From: an uncultured Mycoplasmatota bacterium
Lineage (GTDB): Bacteria > Bacillota_I > Bacilli_A > RF39 > UBA660
DNA: 45,697 bases
Direction: 5' to 3'
Assembly: GCA_946494345.1 (NCBI GenBank)
Contig: CAMMBX010000002.1
Span: 1-45,697, forward strand
Shown: one piece after another, positions 30,201 through 38,160 of the stretch
Position numbering within the stretch: the first letter of the stretch is position 1
Layout of the letters: every line of letters starts with the position of its first letter
Program-made: the position numbers and the translations under genes
Notes under the pieces: generated by a model
What the model saw: the letters and a program-made list of their open reading frames with translations, nothing else
Databases searched by the model: none
Told to the model about the DNA's origin: nothing

Positions 30201-32030
30201 ATGAAAAAAATAATGTATGTAACACTTATCTTAATTATGTTATTTACCTTTATTCCTAATGTATCGGCATCAACTAGTAGTTATATCGTTTTAAATGAAA
30301 ATAAATACTTTAGGGAAGAACCTGGTGGTGACTTAATTATGGGAGTTACTGATGGGGTGTTACTTGCAGGGGAAAAGGTAGATGTTATTTCTAAAGATGG
30401 TAAAAGTGGCTATGGCTGTAAAAATAATTGGTACAAAGTTAAATATAATGATTTAGAAGGATATATTTGTTCATCTAATCAGGCAATTATTGAAGTAGCT
30501 GATGTTGATATTAATGGCAGCTTTGAACAAGAAATGTTAAATAAGGGGTTTAAAGAAAGTTATTTACCTTATTTAAAGGCAATGCACGAGAAACATCCTA
30601 ATTGGATCTTTACACCAGTATCTATTGGTATTTCTTTTAATGATGCAGTTACTAATGAAAGTTATGGAGAAATTAGTTTAGTTGATGGATCTGATGAGAC
30701 CCTTAGAAGTAAGGAATGGCCTTATTATCAAAATGGTGTTTATCAACAAATAGAACCAGGATGGTATGTTGCTAGTAGGGATACTGTGTCTTATTACTTA
30801 GATCCTAGAAATTTCTTATCAGAAGAGTATATATTTATGTTTGAAAATTTAAAATATAATTCAAATATTCAAACAGAGGATGCAGTAAGAGGAGTTACTA
30901 GTGGTACTTTTCTAAATACTAATGAATACTTAAATATTTTAATGAAAACTGCCGAAACTTATAATGTCAGTCCAGTTTATATAGCTAGTAGGATTAGACA
31001 AGAGAAAGGTAGTAATGATAGTATTTCAACAACAGGTGGTAGTTTTACTTTTACAGTTGATAATAATTGTTTAAATAATTTAGGTTATGCAAGTAATCCA
31101 TCTACTTGGAATGCTCTTAATTCTTGTGGTAATGGTAAAACTTATAGTGGCATTTATAACTATTTTAATATCGGGGCATATAGTTCTTATCAATCCCCAC
31201 AAATTAGAGGATTAATTTGGGCTAATGGTGGTTATGATGCTTCTGTTACTACTTATAGAAGGCCATGGACATCAAAAGAAGAAGCTATTATGGGTGGTGT
31301 TGAATATATTGCTAGTAAATATATAGATGCTAATCAAAATACTTTGTATTATCAAAAATTTAATGTAGCACCTTCTGCAGTTTATCCTACATATACACAT
31401 CAATATATGACTAATATTAGAGCTGTGTCTAATGAAGCATATAGTATTTATAAGAGTTATAGAGATAATAATCTTTTAGGTAATACTTATGAATTTCTAA
31501 TTCCTGTCTATGAAAATATGCCTAATGATAATGAAGTGATATTACCTGATGATGAAGAAAAGGAAGAGACAATCGTTACTACTCCTGCTATTGATGTTAA
31601 TACGGGAGTTGTAGGAGCAGGATTTAAGATTGATGGAGATGTTATTTCTAATATTTCATTTAATACTAATATTGATACAATTAATAGTATTTTAAGTAGT
31701 GTTAATGCAAATTTAAAAGTTATAGATTATAAAGATAGATATGGTGTTAAAGCTAGTGGTAATGTTGGTACAGGAGATACTTTGGTAATTAGTAATGGTA
31801 ATACTAGTGTATCTTATAAAGTTGTTATTTATGGTGATAATAATGGAGATGGTAAGACTAGTATTGTAGATTTACTTAGAGTTCAAAAAGATATTTTAGG
31901 AAGTAGTAATTTATCTACTTATGATAGGGAAGCTAGTGATACTAATAAAGATGGTAAAGTTGATGTTATAGATTTACTTAGAGTTCAAAAACAAATACTT
32001 GGTAATAATGTAATAGAACAGGAGGGCTAG
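30201..32030 (+). CDS. Secreted peptidoglycan hydrolase-like protein: signal peptide, SH3b-like domain, glucosaminidase (GH73-like) domain and C-terminal dockerin
   Basis: Signal peptide ending VSA|ST, SH3b-like NNWYKVKYNDLEGYI, and glucosaminidase-like ASRIRQEKG...YNYFNIGA...YYQKFN. Two dockerin F-hand segments: GDNNGDGKTSIVDLLRVQKDILG and DTNKDGKVDVIDLLRVQKQILG. Confidence 0.8.
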   Translation: MKKIMYVTLILIMLFTFIPNVSASTSSYIVLNENKYFREEPGGDLIMGVTDGVLLAGEKVDVISKDGKSGYGCKNNWYKVKYNDLEGYICSSNQAIIEVADVDINGSFEQEMLNKGFKESYLPYLKAMHEKHPNWIFTPVSIGISFNDAVTNESYGEISLVDGSDETLRSKEWPYYQNGVYQQIEPGWYVASRDTVSYYLDPRNFLSEEYIFMFENLKYNSNIQTEDAVRGVTSGTFLNTNEYLNILMKTAETYNVSPVYIASRIRQEKGSNDSISTTGGSFTFTVDNNCLNNLGYASNPSTWNALNSCGNGKTYSGIYNYFNIGAYSSYQSPQIRGLIWANGGYDASVTTYRRPWTSKEEAIMGGVEYIASKYIDANQNTLYYQKFNVAPSAVYPTYTHQYMTNIRAVSNEAYSIYKSYRDNNLLGNTYEFLIPVYENMPNDNEVILPDDEEKEETIVTTPAIDVNTGVVGAGFKIDGDVISNISFNTNIDTINSILSSVNANLKVIDYKDRYGVKASGNVGTGDTLVISNGNTSVSYKVVIYGDNNGDGKTSIVDLLRVQKDILGSSNLSTYDREASDTNKDGKVDVIDLLRVQKQILGNNVIEQEG

Positions 32031-32033
32031 ACA

Positions 32034-33368
32034 GTGATTAATTTTAAGAGAATATTATTTATATTAGGACTTAGCTTCCTTTTCTTTCTGCCTTTTAAGG
32101 TAGATGCTGCTTCTATAAGCATCGCAGGTACTACTTCTACAGGTACAGTTGGAGGAAATATTACAGTAAGAGTTACAATTAATGAGCCTACAGGTTTAGG
32201 AAGTTGGGAATATAGTTTGGATTATGACAGTAGTAAGTTACAACTTTTAAGTGGTTCTACTCATGTTGTTGGTTATGTTGATGGACAAGGAGAAACGAGT
32301 AGGAGTTATACTTATAGTTTTAGAGTTAAAGGAACAGGCAGTACCACTATTTCAGTTGTAAATACTGCTATTGCTAGTTGGGATGAAGTAGTTAGTAGTC
32401 CTACTGATAGTACAACTATTAATTTAGTAAGTAGAGAAGAAGTAGAGACTAGTTATAGTGATGATAATAATCTTTCTAGTTTAGAGGTAGAAGGCTATAG
32501 TCTAAGTCCTGAGTTTAATAGTGGTACTACTTCATATAGTGTAAATGTAGATAGTGATGTAACTAGTGTTAAAGTAAATGCAACTGCAAGTGATAGTAAA
32601 GCTAAAGTCAGTGGGGCAGGAGAAGTAGAAGTAAGTGAAGGTGCTAATACGATTAATGTGGTAGTAGAAGCAGAAAATGGTGCTACTAAAACTTATAAAA
32701 TAGTTGTTAATGTTAAAGAGAAAGATCCTATTAATGTTAAAGTTAATAAAGAAAACTTAAGTGTAGTTAGAGATAAAGAAAGTCTAAATGATTTAATTAA
32801 AGATTATTTTGTAGAAACTACAGTTAATATTGATGAAGAAGAAGTTCCTGCTTATACTATAGAAGCATTAAATCTTACTTTATTAGCTTTAAGAGACGAT
32901 GATGGTAAAATTAAGTTTTATATATATGATGATGGAAATTTTACTTTATATCAAGAATTAGGTAGTGATACTCTTACTGTTCATCTTTTAGATAATGGTA
33001 AATATCCTGATAATTATAAAAAATATACAGTTAAAATAGATGGAGAAGAGTATACTGTTTATAAGATAAATAAAGATAGTGATTACTATTTAGTTTATGG
33101 AGAAAATGTCGAAACTGGTAAAAAAGGACTATATTTGTATGATAGTGTTGATAATACTATTCAAAGATATTATAATGAAGAAGTTAATAGTTTAAATGAT
33201 AGATTAAGGATAAATTCATTTATTATTATTGGACTTATTAGTTTAATTGTTATTATTTTGATAATTTTCTTAATTACATTACATACTAAGAATAATAGTA
33301 AAAGAAAAAAGAAAAAGGAAATTAAAAAAAGATTAAAACAAGAAAAAGAAGATTTTTTAAAGGATTAG
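32034..33368 (+). CDS. Membrane-anchored scaffoldin-like protein: signal peptide, cohesin-like domain, cadherin-like beta-sandwich, C-terminal TM segment and Lys-rich tail
   Basis: Cohesin-like GGNITVRVTINEPTGLGSWEYSLDYDSSKLQLL, and cadherin-like LSSLEVEGYSLSPEFNSGTTSYSVNV...NGATKTYKIVVNV. The TM segment FIIIGLISLIVIILIIFLITL is followed by KRKKKKEIKK. GTG start. Confidence 0.7.
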   Translation: MINFKRILFILGLSFLFFLPFKVDAASISIAGTTSTGTVGGNITVRVTINEPTGLGSWEYSLDYDSSKLQLLSGSTHVVGYVDGQGETSRSYTYSFRVKGTGSTTISVVNTAIASWDEVVSSPTDSTTINLVSREEVETSYSDDNNLSSLEVEGYSLSPEFNSGTTSYSVNVDSDVTSVKVNATASDSKAKVSGAGEVEVSEGANTINVVVEAENGATKTYKIVVNVKEKDPINVKVNKENLSVVRDKESLNDLIKDYFVETTVNIDEEEVPAYTIEALNLTLLALRDDDGKIKFYIYDDGNFTLYQELGSDTLTVHLLDNGKYPDNYKKYTVKIDGEEYTVYKINKDSDYYLVYGENVETGKKGLYLYDSVDNTIQRYYNEEVNSLNDRLRINSFIIIGLISLIVIILIIFLITLHTKNNSKRKKKKEIKKRLKQEKEDFLKD

Positions 33369-33378
33369 GAGTGTAACT

Positions 33379-34026
33379 ATGGAAGTAAAACATCATAATA
33401 AACATCTAGGAATAATGATATTTATTGGTTTTTTATTAATTATTATTGGTATTATTTCTTATATTATTATTAATTATAACAATGACCAAGCTGAAGTTAG
33501 AAAGAGAATGGACGTTGTTGTTGATACTTATAAAACATTTAGAAGTGATGTAGATGCCTTTAATACTATTAGAGATAATATATATACTGAGGTTATGCAA
33601 GATATGTATTATCAGACTTTAAAGGATAATGATACTAGATTTAAAGAACTTTATAATAGTTATAAAGATAGCTTAGAAAAAGTAGATGAAGATTATAAAA
33701 AAATCGAAGATAAATGTATAAATGTTTTACATCCTAAAGCTGATGTTAATAATAAGTGTGAAGCGATGGTTGTTGGTTATGAAGAAGTAGTTAATACTTA
33801 TATTAGTGATGTAAATAGTTATAATAACCTTATTAAGTCTTATAATAAATGGTTAGAAACTAATAATAGTAGTGATCCCAAATTAGAAGAAATTGAGATA
33901 GATAGAGATTATTTAGATGTAAATGGAGATAGAGAATATGCAGGTAGGAAGGAAATAGAAACAGAGATAACTGATGAGACGATGAAATCTAATGAGAATG
34001 GGGAAGAGTCTAGTGAAGAAAGTTGA
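33379..34026 (+). CDS. Membrane-anchored protein with a helical, acidic ectodomain; function unknown
   Basis: A single N-terminal TM segment followed by charged, helix-prone sequence. The family was not recognised. Confidence 0.5.
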   Translation: MEVKHHNKHLGIMIFIGFLLIIIGIISYIIINYNNDQAEVRKRMDVVVDTYKTFRSDVDAFNTIRDNIYTEVMQDMYYQTLKDNDTRFKELYNSYKDSLEKVDEDYKKIEDKCINVLHPKADVNNKCEAMVVGYEEVVNTYISDVNSYNNLIKSYNKWLETNNSSDPKLEEIEIDRDYLDVNGDREYAGRKEIETEITDETMKSNENGEESSEES

Positions 34027-35098
34027 TTTAGATAAGACAATTTTAATGCCTAGTATTGCTAGTGAAATAAAAAAAGAGAAAAGAAAAGAAAAGAAGATTA
34101 TTTCCAAAGTTATAATAGCTTTGTTTATAATAGGAAGTTCGTTTTCTTTGTTTCTTTTTTATGGACCAATAGATGGGTTTAGGAACTTTTGGATTACTTC
34201 AGCGATGACTTCGATGTCACATCAATATCTTGCTACTTGGTTTTATAATGATGAAGTTATTAATGAAGTACTATCTAATAATAATATAATTGAAGTAGAT
34301 GAAAATACTAATCCTGATTTAATTAATTTTAAAGACTATGATGCTGATACTAAGATATATAAGAATGAATATGAAAAAGAGATTTTAACAAAAGATCCTG
34401 GTAATGATTTATATAAAGTTATTGAAGTTAATGGTAGTGGTTATCAAGGTTATTTAGTAGCGATATATGACCCTTCAAGAGTTTCTATTGCGACAACGGC
34501 TTATCTTGGTAAAAGAGGAGAAGCGATTACTACAGTTGCTAAAAGAGAAAATGCTATAATTGCTATTAATGCTGGTGGTTTTTATGACCCTGATTGGAAT
34601 AGTAATGGGGCTCTACCACATGGTACAGTTATTAAAGATGGAGAAATTGTAAGTGATTTTGATGATGCTAAGATGGGTGGAGGCTTTGTTGGATTTACTA
34701 AAGATAATAAACTAGTACTTGGTAAGATGACTAAGGAAGAGGCACTTGCTATGGGGATTAGAGATGCTATTGAGTTTGGACCTTTCTTAATCGTAAATGG
34801 TAAGAGTAGTTTTGTTAAAGGTAATGGTGGTTGGGGTATTGCTCCAAGAACTGCTATTGGTCAAAGAGAAGATGGTATAGTCTTATTCTTAGTTATTAAT
34901 GGACGTCTTGCTACTTCAATCGGTGCTGATATGGGAGATTTAACAGAGATAATGGAAAACTATGGTGCTGTTAATGCTGCTAATATGGATGGAGGTAGCT
35001 CTAGTGCTTTAGTAATTAATAATGAGATTATTAATACACCAGTTGCCGGTGGAGAGAATGGCCTTAGAGATATACCAACATTTTGGATAGTTAAGTAA
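33992..35098 (+). CDS. Phosphodiester glycosidase family protein (DUF2233/NAGPA-like), membrane-anchored
   Basis: N-terminal TM segment and C-terminal motifs INAGGF...FGPFLIVNGK...PRTAIGQ...NMDGGSSS. The start is uncertain among ATG 33992, ATG 33998 and GTG 34013, all overlapping the upstream gene. Confidence 0.75.
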   Translation: MRMGKSLVKKVDLDKTILMPSIASEIKKEKRKEKKIISKVIIALFIIGSSFSLFLFYGPIDGFRNFWITSAMTSMSHQYLATWFYNDEVINEVLSNNNIIEVDENTNPDLINFKDYDADTKIYKNEYEKEILTKDPGNDLYKVIEVNGSGYQGYLVAIYDPSRVSIATTAYLGKRGEAITTVAKRENAIIAINAGGFYDPDWNSNGALPHGTVIKDGEIVSDFDDAKMGGGFVGFTKDNKLVLGKMTKEEALAMGIRDAIEFGPFLIVNGKSSFVKGNGGWGIAPRTAIGQREDGIVLFLVINGRLATSIGADMGDLTEIMENYGAVNAANMDGGSSSALVINNEIINTPVAGGENGLRDIPTFWIVK

Positions 35099-35114
35099 AT
35101 TAACTATTCTTTAT

Positions 35115-35201
35115 GCAGGAATGGCGGAATAGGTAGACGCACTACTTTGAGGGGGTAGTGATTAGTTAATCGTGCGAGTTCGAGTCTCGTTTCCTGCACC
35201 A
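35115..35201 (+). tRNA. tRNA-Leu (anticodon GAG), class II with a long variable arm and encoded CCA
   Basis: Acceptor stem GCAGGAA/TTCCTGC, anticodon stem CTACT/GGTAG with loop TTGAGGG, T-arm GCGAG-TTCGAGT-CTCGT, and a 15-nt variable arm. Confidence 0.9.
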
Positions 35202-35301
35202 TTTTAGAAATTTACTGGGACTTTTAAGTTTTATTATATTTTGATATTAGTGGAGAGAGCAATAAGTTGCCGAAAAGTGTTCGAATGGATGAAAAATAAA
35301 T

Positions 35302-35330
35302 TTGACAAAAAAGCTTTTTTTTGCTATGGT
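35302..35330 (+). promoter_or_regulatory. Near-consensus sigma-A promoter with no obvious gene
   Basis: TTGACA (35302-35307), a 17-nt spacer, then TGC-TATGGT (extended -10, 35322-35330). Confidence 0.45.
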
Positions 35331-35342
35331 TTACTTGTGAGC

Positions 35343-35376
35343 ACTGGAAAGGACTAAGGTCTTCCAGTCTTTTTTG
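35343..35376 (+). terminator. Rho-independent terminator
   Basis: ACTGGAA-(AG bulge)-GAC / GTC-TTCCAGT stem with a TAAG loop, followed by CTTTTTTG. Confidence 0.6.
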
Positions 35377-35410
35377 TTAATTTTTTCCAATTGATTAAAA
35401 CCACTTTTCA

Positions 35411-35424
35411 CGAATAAATGTTCG
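35411..35424 (+). promoter_or_regulatory. LexA (Cheo/SOS) box within the promoter of the Y-family polymerase gene
   Basis: CGAATAAATGTTCG differs at one position from the Gram-positive consensus CGAAC-N4-GTTCG. It lies between TTTTCA (-35, 35405-35410) and TGATAAAAT (extended -10, 35425-35433). Confidence 0.7.
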
Positions 35425-35449
35425 TGATAAAATAATAATGGTGATTTAA

Positions 35450-36937
35450 ATGGAACGAGCATATTGTTGTATTGATTTAAAGAGTTTTTATGCATCAGTA
35501 GAATGTGTTGAAAGAGGACTTAATCCCTTAAAAACTAATCTTGTTGTTGCTGATAAATCTAGGACAGAAAAGACGATATGTTTAGCGGTAAGCCCTTCAT
35601 TAAAACAATATGGTATTCCTGGAAGAGCGAGGCTTTTTGAAGTGTTAAGTAAGGTTAAAGAAATTAATAAAATAAGAAGAAAAGCTAATGGCTATAAAAA
35701 GTTTAGTGGTAAAGCAGTTAATGATGATATCTTAAAGAAAGATAAGACTAAAGAATTAGATTTAATTATCGCTCCTCCTAGAATGGCTCATTATATTGAT
35801 TATTCAGCTAAAATATATAATATCTATTTAAAGTACATTGCTAAAGAAGATATATTTGTTTATTCTATTGATGAAGTCTTTATGGATATAACTAATTACT
35901 TAAAGTACTATAAACTATCTCCTAAAGACTTAATCACAAAAATAATTAAAGATGTTTATGATACAACTGGTATTACAGCGACAGGGGGAATTGGTACTAA
36001 TTTATTTCTTGCTAAAGTTGCTATGGATGTAGTAGCAAAACATACTGAAGCTAATAAGTTTGGAGTAAGAATTGCCGAACTTAATGAAATGTCTTATAGA
36101 AAAATGTTATGGAGTCATGTGCCTATTACTGATATTTGGCGAGTAGGTAAGGGTATTTCTAAAAGATTAGAGAAGTACGGTATGTATACAATGGGTGATG
36201 TTGCCAGATGTTCTATTAATAATGAAGACTTACTATATAAATTATTTGGAGTTAATGCTGAGCTTTTAATAGACCATGCTTGGGGTTATGAGCCTTGTAC
36301 AATAGAGTCTATTAAAAACTATAAACCACTTGCTAAAAGCATTAGTAGTGGTCAAGTTTTACAAAGTCCATATTCATATGATAAAGCTAAGTTAATAGTA
36401 AGAGAAATGGCAGAGTTGCTAGCTTTAGACCTCGTCTCTAAAAAATTAGTAGCAGAACAGTTAGTATTAACTATTGGTTATGATATAGAAAATGTTACTG
36501 ATGATTATAATGGGAGTGTTACAATAGATTATTATGGACGGGCTATACCAAAACACGCTCATGGAACTATTAACTTAGATTATAAAACATCTTCATCTAA
36601 AATAATTACTACAGCGATGATTAAGTTATATGATAGGATTATAAATCCTAAGTTGTCAGTTAGAAGAGTTACTATGGCTGCTACAAAACTAGCTAGTGAA
36701 GATGAAGAAATAGGTAAAGTTAGGTATAGACAGTTAGATTTATTTTCTAGTTTGGAAGGACAAGATAATAAGTTAGCTTATAATAGAGAAGTTTTAAAAG
36801 AAGAAAACAATCTTCAAAATGCCATGTTAAATATAAAAGAAAAATATGGTAAAAATGCTATTTTAAAAGGTATGGATTTAGAAGATGAGGCAACAACAAT
36901 TGATAGGAATAGGCAAATAGGAGGACATCATGAATAA
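35450..36937 (+). CDS. Y-family (translesion) DNA polymerase, UmuC/UvrX-like
   Basis: N-terminal CIDLKSFYASVE motif, SIDEVFMD catalytic acidic motif, and 495 aa. It is coupled by overlap to a YolD-like gene. Confidence 0.9.
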   Translation: MERAYCCIDLKSFYASVECVERGLNPLKTNLVVADKSRTEKTICLAVSPSLKQYGIPGRARLFEVLSKVKEINKIRRKANGYKKFSGKAVNDDILKKDKTKELDLIIAPPRMAHYIDYSAKIYNIYLKYIAKEDIFVYSIDEVFMDITNYLKYYKLSPKDLITKIIKDVYDTTGITATGGIGTNLFLAKVAMDVVAKHTEANKFGVRIAELNEMSYRKMLWSHVPITDIWRVGKGISKRLEKYGMYTMGDVARCSINNEDLLYKLFGVNAELLIDHAWGYEPCTIESIKNYKPLAKSISSGQVLQSPYSYDKAKLIVREMAELLALDLVSKKLVAEQLVLTIGYDIENVTDDYNGSVTIDYYGRAIPKHAHGTINLDYKTSSSKIITTAMIKLYDRIINPKLSVRRVTMAATKLASEDEEIGKVRYRQLDLFSSLEGQDNKLAYNREVLKEENNLQNAMLNIKEKYGKNAILKGMDLEDEATTIDRNRQIGGHHE

Positions 36938-37331
36938 TTATGACGATATTATAAATATGCCTCATCATGTATCTAAAATAAGAAAGCCTATGTCTTTACA
37001 AAATAGATCTGCACAGTTTGCTCCTTTTTCTGCTTTAACAGGGTATGATGAGAAGATAAGAGAAGTCGCAAGGGAAACATCTAAGAAAATAGAATTAGAT
37101 GAAGGTATAAAATTAATGCTAAATGAGAAATTATGTCTTATAAAAAATGATGTTAGATTAAGACCTAAAGTAACAATTACTTATTTTGTTAGAGATACAA
37201 GGAAAGAAAACAGAGGTATATATAAAACTATAACTAGCAATGTTAAAGTAGTTGATGAAGTGTATAAAAGAATAATCTTAATAGATAATACTATAATATC
37301 TTTCGATAATATAATTGATATTAAGTTTTGA
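36930..37331 (+). CDS. YolD-like protein (accessory partner of Gram-positive Y-family polymerases)
   Basis: 133 aa, with FAPFSALTGYDE near the N-terminus and a C-terminal beta-rich region ending FDNIIDI. It overlaps the polymerase gene by 8 nt. Confidence 0.75.
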   Translation: MNNYDDIINMPHHVSKIRKPMSLQNRSAQFAPFSALTGYDEKIREVARETSKKIELDEGIKLMLNEKLCLIKNDVRLRPKVTITYFVRDTRKENRGIYKTITSNVKVVDEVYKRIILIDNTIISFDNIIDIKF

Positions 37332-37375
37332 TTATATTTCTTAAAAAATATGTATATACTATTATTGTATACTAG

Positions 37376-37404
37376 TTGACATTTTTAGAAAAAAATAGTA
37401 TATT
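37376..37404 (+). promoter_or_regulatory. Sigma-A promoter of the repeat-RNA transcription unit
   Basis: TTGACA (37376-37381), a 17-nt spacer, then TATATT (37399-37404). Confidence 0.6.
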
Positions 37405-37431
37405 TATATCACAGATGAGATTACTCATCGT

Positions 37432-37542
37432 GGAAATGTTTTTCGCTTCTGGATGGTGCGATTAATAAATGATTCCAGTCGACAATGTTTTTCGCTTCCA
37501 GGTGGTGCGACTAATAAATGATCCTGGTTGAAAATGTTAAAA
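37432..37542 (+). ncRNA. Candidate type III antitoxin RNA: 2 full and 1 partial copies of a 49-nt direct repeat
   Basis: Copy 1 (37436-37484) is ATGTTTTTCGCTTCTGGATGGTGCGATTAATAAATGATTCCAGTCGACA. Copy 2 (37485-37533) is ATGTTTTTCGCTTCCAGGTGGTGCGACTAATAAATGATCCTGGTTGAAA. A partial third copy starts at 37534. There is no ORF, and the unit has its own promoter and terminator. Confidence 0.7.
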
Positions 37543-37544
37543 AA

Positions 37545-37574
37545 CTTCATCATTTATGGTGAAGTTTTTGTTTT
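37545..37574 (+). terminator. Rho-independent terminator between the repeat RNA and the toxin ORF
   Basis: CTTCATCA / TGGTGAAG forms an 8-bp stem (one G-U pair) with a TTTA loop, followed by TTTTTGTTTT. Confidence 0.75.
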
Positions 37575-37669
37575 GCATGTAAAAAAACAATTTATATATT
37601 GACGAACATAAGTATAATTTAGTATATTTAAATTACATATCATATTTGTTGTTTGGGGGTGTTTGTAAA

Positions 37670-38137
37670 ATGAAAGTTAAAACAGGATATTTATATCATA
37701 TTAAAGATGAATACTTTGATGTTGTAAATGATGATAATTTGATGCAAAATCATGAAAGAGGAAAGAAACGACCAACATATTTTACAATTAAAGATAAAAA
37801 TATACTATGGTTTATTCCTATAAGTTCTAAAGTGGAAAAGTATCAAAAAATAATTGATAAGAAAATAAAAAAATATGGGTTTTGTAATACAATAATAATT
37901 AGGAAAATTGCTGGTAGTAATGCTGCTATTTTATTGCAAAATGCTTTTCCTACTATAGAGAAATATATTGACCATGTACATACTGTTGATGGAGTGCCTT
38001 TAAAAGTTCCTACTGATTTACAAACAGAAATTAAAAGCATGTTTAAAAATATGTTAGGTTTGAAAAAGAGAGGGACTAATTTATTCTTCGCTGATATAGA
38101 TAGTTTAGTGGAAAAAATGTTAAAAGAAAATAAATAG
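37670..38137 (+). CDS. Candidate type III toxin-antitoxin system toxin (ToxN/AbiQ/CptN-like endoribonuclease)
   Basis: 155-aa basic protein directly downstream of the repeat array and terminator. The N-terminal pattern MKVKTGYLYHIKDEYF...KKRPTYFTI...WFIPISSK resembles the ToxN/AbiQ N-termini as I recall them. ATG 37670 follows GGGGG. Confidence 0.6.
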   Translation: MKVKTGYLYHIKDEYFDVVNDDNLMQNHERGKKRPTYFTIKDKNILWFIPISSKVEKYQKIIDKKIKKYGFCNTIIIRKIAGSNAAILLQNAFPTIEKYIDHVHTVDGVPLKVPTDLQTEIKSMFKNMLGLKKRGTNLFFADIDSLVEKMLKENK

Positions 38138-38160
38138 ATATTATAGAGAGGAGATATTTT

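Noticed and set aside
37432-37542. The tandem 49-nt pseudoknot-forming elements as a tandem riboswitch (for example preQ1-I-like) or as a CRISPR array.
   Set aside because: This is not a CRISPR array because the units are directly adjacent, with no spacers and no cas genes. The riboswitch reading is less likely for three reasons: the repeats have their own promoter, a constitutive-looking terminator follows that does not compete with the pseudoknot helices, and the downstream ORF looks like a ToxN-type toxin rather than a metabolic or transport gene. A riboswitch is not formally excluded without a covariance-model search.
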